Assembly: GCA_002269645.1 (NCBI GenBank)
Contig: NIVC01000459.1
Location: 186,001 to 250,000, forward strand
DNA from: Macrostomum lignano
Taxonomy: Eukaryota
Reading direction: 5' to 3'
Length of the DNA stretch: 64,000 bases
Below the pieces are notes generated by a model. That model was not told where the DNA came from, ran no database searches, and saw only the letters and a program-made list of their open reading frames with translations. Below, piece by piece: positions 60,575-64,000 of the stretch (position 1 is the stretch's first letter; each line of letters opens with the position of its first letter). The position numbers and the translations under genes are program-made.

Positions 60575-61050
60575 AGTAGGGTAGGTACCGGAAGTAGGGT
60601 ATAGGTACTGGAGGTAGGGTAGGTACCGGAAGTAGGGTAGGTACCGTATGTAGGGTAGGTACCGTTTGTAGGGTAGGTAGTGAAGGTAGGGTAGTTACTG
60701 GAGGTAAGGGTAGGTAGCGGAGGTAGGGTAGGTGCCGTATGTAGGGTAGCTAGTGGAGGCAAAGGAGGTAGGGTAGGTAGAAGAGACAGGGTAGAGAAGG
60801 TAGCGGAGGTAGAGGAGGTCCGGTAGGTAGCGGAGGTAGAGGAGGTAGCAGAGGTAGAGAAGGTCCGGTAGGTAGAGGAGGTAGAGGAGGTAGCAGAGGT
60901 AGAGGAGGTCCGGTAGGTAGCGGAGGTAGAGGAGGTAGCAGAGGTAGAGGAGGTCCGGTAGGTAGCGGAGGTAGAGGAGGTAGCAGAGGTAGAGAAGGTC
61001 CGGTAGGTAGAGGAGGTAGAGGAGGTAAAGTAGGTAGAGGAGGTAGAGGA
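60575..61050. repeat. GGTAG/GAGGAG purine-rich repeat downstream of Irx
   Basis: GTAGGGTAG and GTAGAGGAG modules. Confidence 0.9.
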
Positions 61051-61412
61051 GACAAGAGTTAGCAAACAGTGAGAAGTTGCAATTCAATAAAGACACCAAA
61101 TCAGTGCCAGTGTATTGTTAATAATTTCGGTGCCGACAAAACAATTAAATTATTAATAATTCCTGTGCGCCAGCAAAGCAGTTCCTAACCCCAGCACATG
61201 CGGCAATAGTTGGAGCCTAATAGAAATTCAGTGTCACCAATAGGCTGCAGCAACACGACACCACAGGATGCAATGAACATAGGATTTACACAGTTTTCCG
61301 TAAGAAATATGCTATTGTTGACAAGTCAGTTAACTTAGATTTAACCAACACACAAGCATGCAAAACGATCTCAGTTGATCAACCATGAAAAAAAACAGAA
61401 TTTAAGCTCTTG

Positions 61413-61963
61413 TTAGAGCGAGGTTTGGTCGCATCTCAGCAATCCGTGGTGACCGACTCCGCCGCCGCCGCCGGTCACGTGATGATGCTGCAGCTGGCCT
61501 GGCTGATGAGGCTGGTAATGATGCTGCAGGTAGTGCTGATGCTGCTGCTGCTGATGATGCTGATGCTGATGCAGTTGCCCCAGACAGTCAGCAGTCGGGG
61601 GGAAAGCTGCTGGATAGTCGCCAAAACTGCCGGCGGCGTGAGCGGCGGCGGCGGCGGCAGCAGCGGCGGCGGCAGCGGCGGCGGCGGCGGCGGTGGCACC
61701 CGACGTCGTAGCGGTTGCAGCCGGGCAAAACCGGGGCTGCTTGGCTGACGGTGGCGGCGGCGACAAATCGGCGACCGACAAATCCGGCACCGACGCCGCC
61801 GCGCCGGCCAGAGACCAGATTTTTGGACGGCCGAAGTCGCCAGCGCCAATCGGCGTCTCGTCCGTCCCGGCATTGTCGGCCACGTCCTTATCGACATCCG
61901 CCTCCCCGACGGTGGCGATGGCCGCGTAGGGCCGCTTGGCGTCCGACTTGACCGGCAGGCCGC
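61413..61963 (-). CDS. Irx: Irx last exon (IRO box)
   Basis: Two in-frame acceptors: cccgcag| (exon start 61963) or repeat-derived ctactag| (start 61981). Contains RPKIWSLA; ends in TAA. Confidence 0.88.
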
Positions 61964-63744
61964 CTGCGGGTGATCGTTGGCCTAGTAGAATCTCACCCTG
62001 GTAGAATCTCACTCTAGTATAATCTCACCCTAGTAGAATCTCACCCTAGTAGAATCTCACCCTAGTAGAATCTCACCCTAGTAGAATCTAACCCTGGTAG
62101 AATCTCACCCTAGTAGAATCTCACCCTAGTAGAATCTCACCCTGGTAGAATCTCACCCTAGTAGAATCTCACTCTAGTAGAATCTCACCCTAGTAGAATC
62201 TAACCCTGGTAGAATCTCACCCTAGTAGAATCTCACCCTAGTAGAATCTCACCCTGGTAGAATCTCACCCTAGTAGAATCTCACTCTAGTAGAATCTCAC
62301 CCTAGTAGAATCTCACTCTAGTAGAATCTCACCCTAGTAGAATCTCACTCTAGTAGAATCTCACTCTAGTAGAATCTCACCCTAGTAGAATCTCACTCTA
62401 GTATAATCTCACCCTAGTAGAATCTCACCCCAGTAGAATCTCACCCTAGTAGAATCTCACCCTAGTAGAATCTCACCCTAGTAGAATCTCACCCTAGTAG
62501 AATCTCACCCTAGTAGAATCTCACCCTAGTAGAATCTCACCCTAGTAGAATCTCACCCTAGTAGAATCTCACCCTAGTAGAATCTCACTCACCGCAGCTG
62601 TCCGCGACGCCGCAGTAGCGGTCGTTCCTCCCTCCGACGCTTCCTCCGTCTTCGGCCTCCTCATCCTCGTCCTCGGGCTCGCGAGCCTCAGCCTGCGAGT
62701 TCCTCTCACTCCAGGTCATCTTATTCTCCTTCTTCAGTCGGCGGCGAGCGTTGGCAAACCAGGTTGACACCTGAGTGAGCGTCATCTTGGTGATGATGGC
62801 CAACATGATTTTCTCGCCTTTGGTCGGATAGGGATTGCTCTTGTGCTCGCCGAGCCAGGCCTTGAGCGTGGCCGTGCTCTCTCTAGTAGCATTCTTGCGT
62901 CGCTGACCATTCAGATCGTGAATTGGGCTGTGGTGGGTGGCAGGTTGAACGGGATTGGCTGTTTAGCTATGCATCTTTCTACCCCTACCCTATAGCACTG
63001 AGCAGCCACCTCACGCCGGTTGGTTTTGATTGGCTAGGAGCTCTAGGCCAATGGACGGAGAGCAAAACAGCATGCAATTACAATTCTTAATCAATAAGTT
63101 TTGCAGCAATGCAGTTTAGATGAGATGAGATGAGATGAGATGAGATGAGATGAGATGAGATTAGATTAGATTAGATTAGACTAGATTAGATTAGATTAGA
63201 TTAGATTAGATTAGATTAGATTAGATTAGATTAGATTAGATTAGATTAGATTAGATTAGATTAGATTAGATTAGATTAGATTAGATCAGATTAGATTAGA
63301 TTAGATGAGCTCGAACATAAATTTGAATACGCTAGAAAAGAGACGTATTGCAAATCCTCACTTGCTGGCGTAGGCGTAGGCCGCGGCTGGGTGCCAGGCG
63401 GTCTCGTAACATCCCGGATATCCCGGGTGGCCACCGGGTCCTCCACCGCCGCCTCGCCAAGGTGCAGCTGCAGCGGCTGCGGCCGCCATGTGCCCGGCGT
63501 AGCCCTGGGTGGCAGCCGCCGCCGGCCCATAGTTGCTGCCTCCGACAACTTCCCCGCCGCCTCCGACACCGACGCCGCCGCCGCCGCTGCCCCCCTGCAG
63601 GCTGGACAGAATCCGAGACTGGGCGGCTGCCGCGTACGCCGCCGGACCGTAGAGGCTGACGAAGTGGTGGCCGCTGGCGTCCGGGTACACTGCGGGAGGC
63701 GGCGGCGGTGGCGGCAGCTGCGGCGGTTGAAGCGAGAACGGACT
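61413..63744 (-). CDS. Irx: Iroquois (Irx) TALE homeodomain transcription factor, 5'-incomplete, join(63744-63362,62927-62593,61963[or 61981]-61413)
   Basis: [69 protein letters not shown] is the Irx homeodomain; IRO box RPKIWSLA in the last exon; junction phases 2 and 1 are consistent. Confidence 0.96.
61982..62592 (-). repeat. 16-nt minisatellite forming essentially the whole last Irx intron
   Basis: Sense strand GTG + 38 x (G/A)GTGAGATTCTACTAG = 611 nt. Confidence 0.97.
62593..62927 (-). CDS. Irx: Irx homeodomain exon
   Basis: accacag|[15 protein letters not shown]...[11 protein letters not shown]...DSC G|gtgagt. Confidence 0.97.
63115..63307. repeat. (AGATG)n/(AGATT)n pentamer microsatellite, Irx intron
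   Basis: Directly visible. Confidence 0.95.
63362..63744 (-). CDS. Irx: Irx internal exon (P/A/G-rich, pre-homeodomain)
   Basis: ttcttgcag|SPFSLQPP...[10 protein letters not shown]|gtgagg; upstream exon(s) lie beyond the window. Confidence 0.88.
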
Positions 63745-64000
63745 CTGCAAGAAGATTAAAGATTGAGTTAGTTCGCGCTTTTGAAGAATTTCAACTTTCA
63801 CTGTTACTATCAATTCTAACCTGAAATAACTTTATCTATTCAACAATTCAAGCTTTTCGAGAATTTAACATTAAAATTAAAATGTTCAACGATTCCAGCG
63901 CAGCTTTCTAAGAAGTCGTACTTTCCAGAAAGTCATATTTTCCAAGAATTCAAATGCTTTTCCGAGAATTCATACTTTCTAAGAAATCATACTGTCTAAG

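Noticed and set aside
61410-61951. Antisense and shifted ORFs over the last Irx exon
   Set aside because: By-product of GC-rich Ala/Gln/His codons

Overview
Eukaryotic, intron-rich animal genomic DNA, not prokaryotic. GC-rich exons, Gln/Ala homopolymer tracts and minisatellite-filled introns suggest a bilaterian invertebrate, possibly a Macrostomum-type flatworm (inference only). Five protein-coding genes were assembled by hand with GT-AG, phase-consistent exons: Distal-less/Dlx (-, 4 exons, 17295-9612, ~411 aa), PIG-W GPI inositol acyltransferase (+, 4 exons, 23047-29060, ~550 aa), cohesin SMC1 (+, 13 exons, 30433-45545, ~1249 aa), a divergent Rheb-like GTPase (-, 3 exons, 50881-47914, ~186 aa) and the 3' part of an Iroquois/Irx TALE homeobox gene (-, 3 exons, 63744-61413; 5' end outside the window). 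The rest is about 30 distinct tandem-repeat arrays, several foldback/MITE elements, a tRNA-derived SINE and faint LINE remnants. Almost all long ORFs in the supplied track are read-throughs of these repeats. The most unusual pattern is that most introns carry their own private minisatellite and several of these units contain sense-strand splice-site motifs. The clearest cases are an Irx intron made almost entirely of a 16-nt donor+acceptor unit, and an SMC1 intron whose 32-nt unit parses as acceptor/12-nt frame-preserving segment/donor. A second pattern is arrays of E2F-type TTT(C/G)(C/G)CGC motifs around Dlx and upstream of SMC1.
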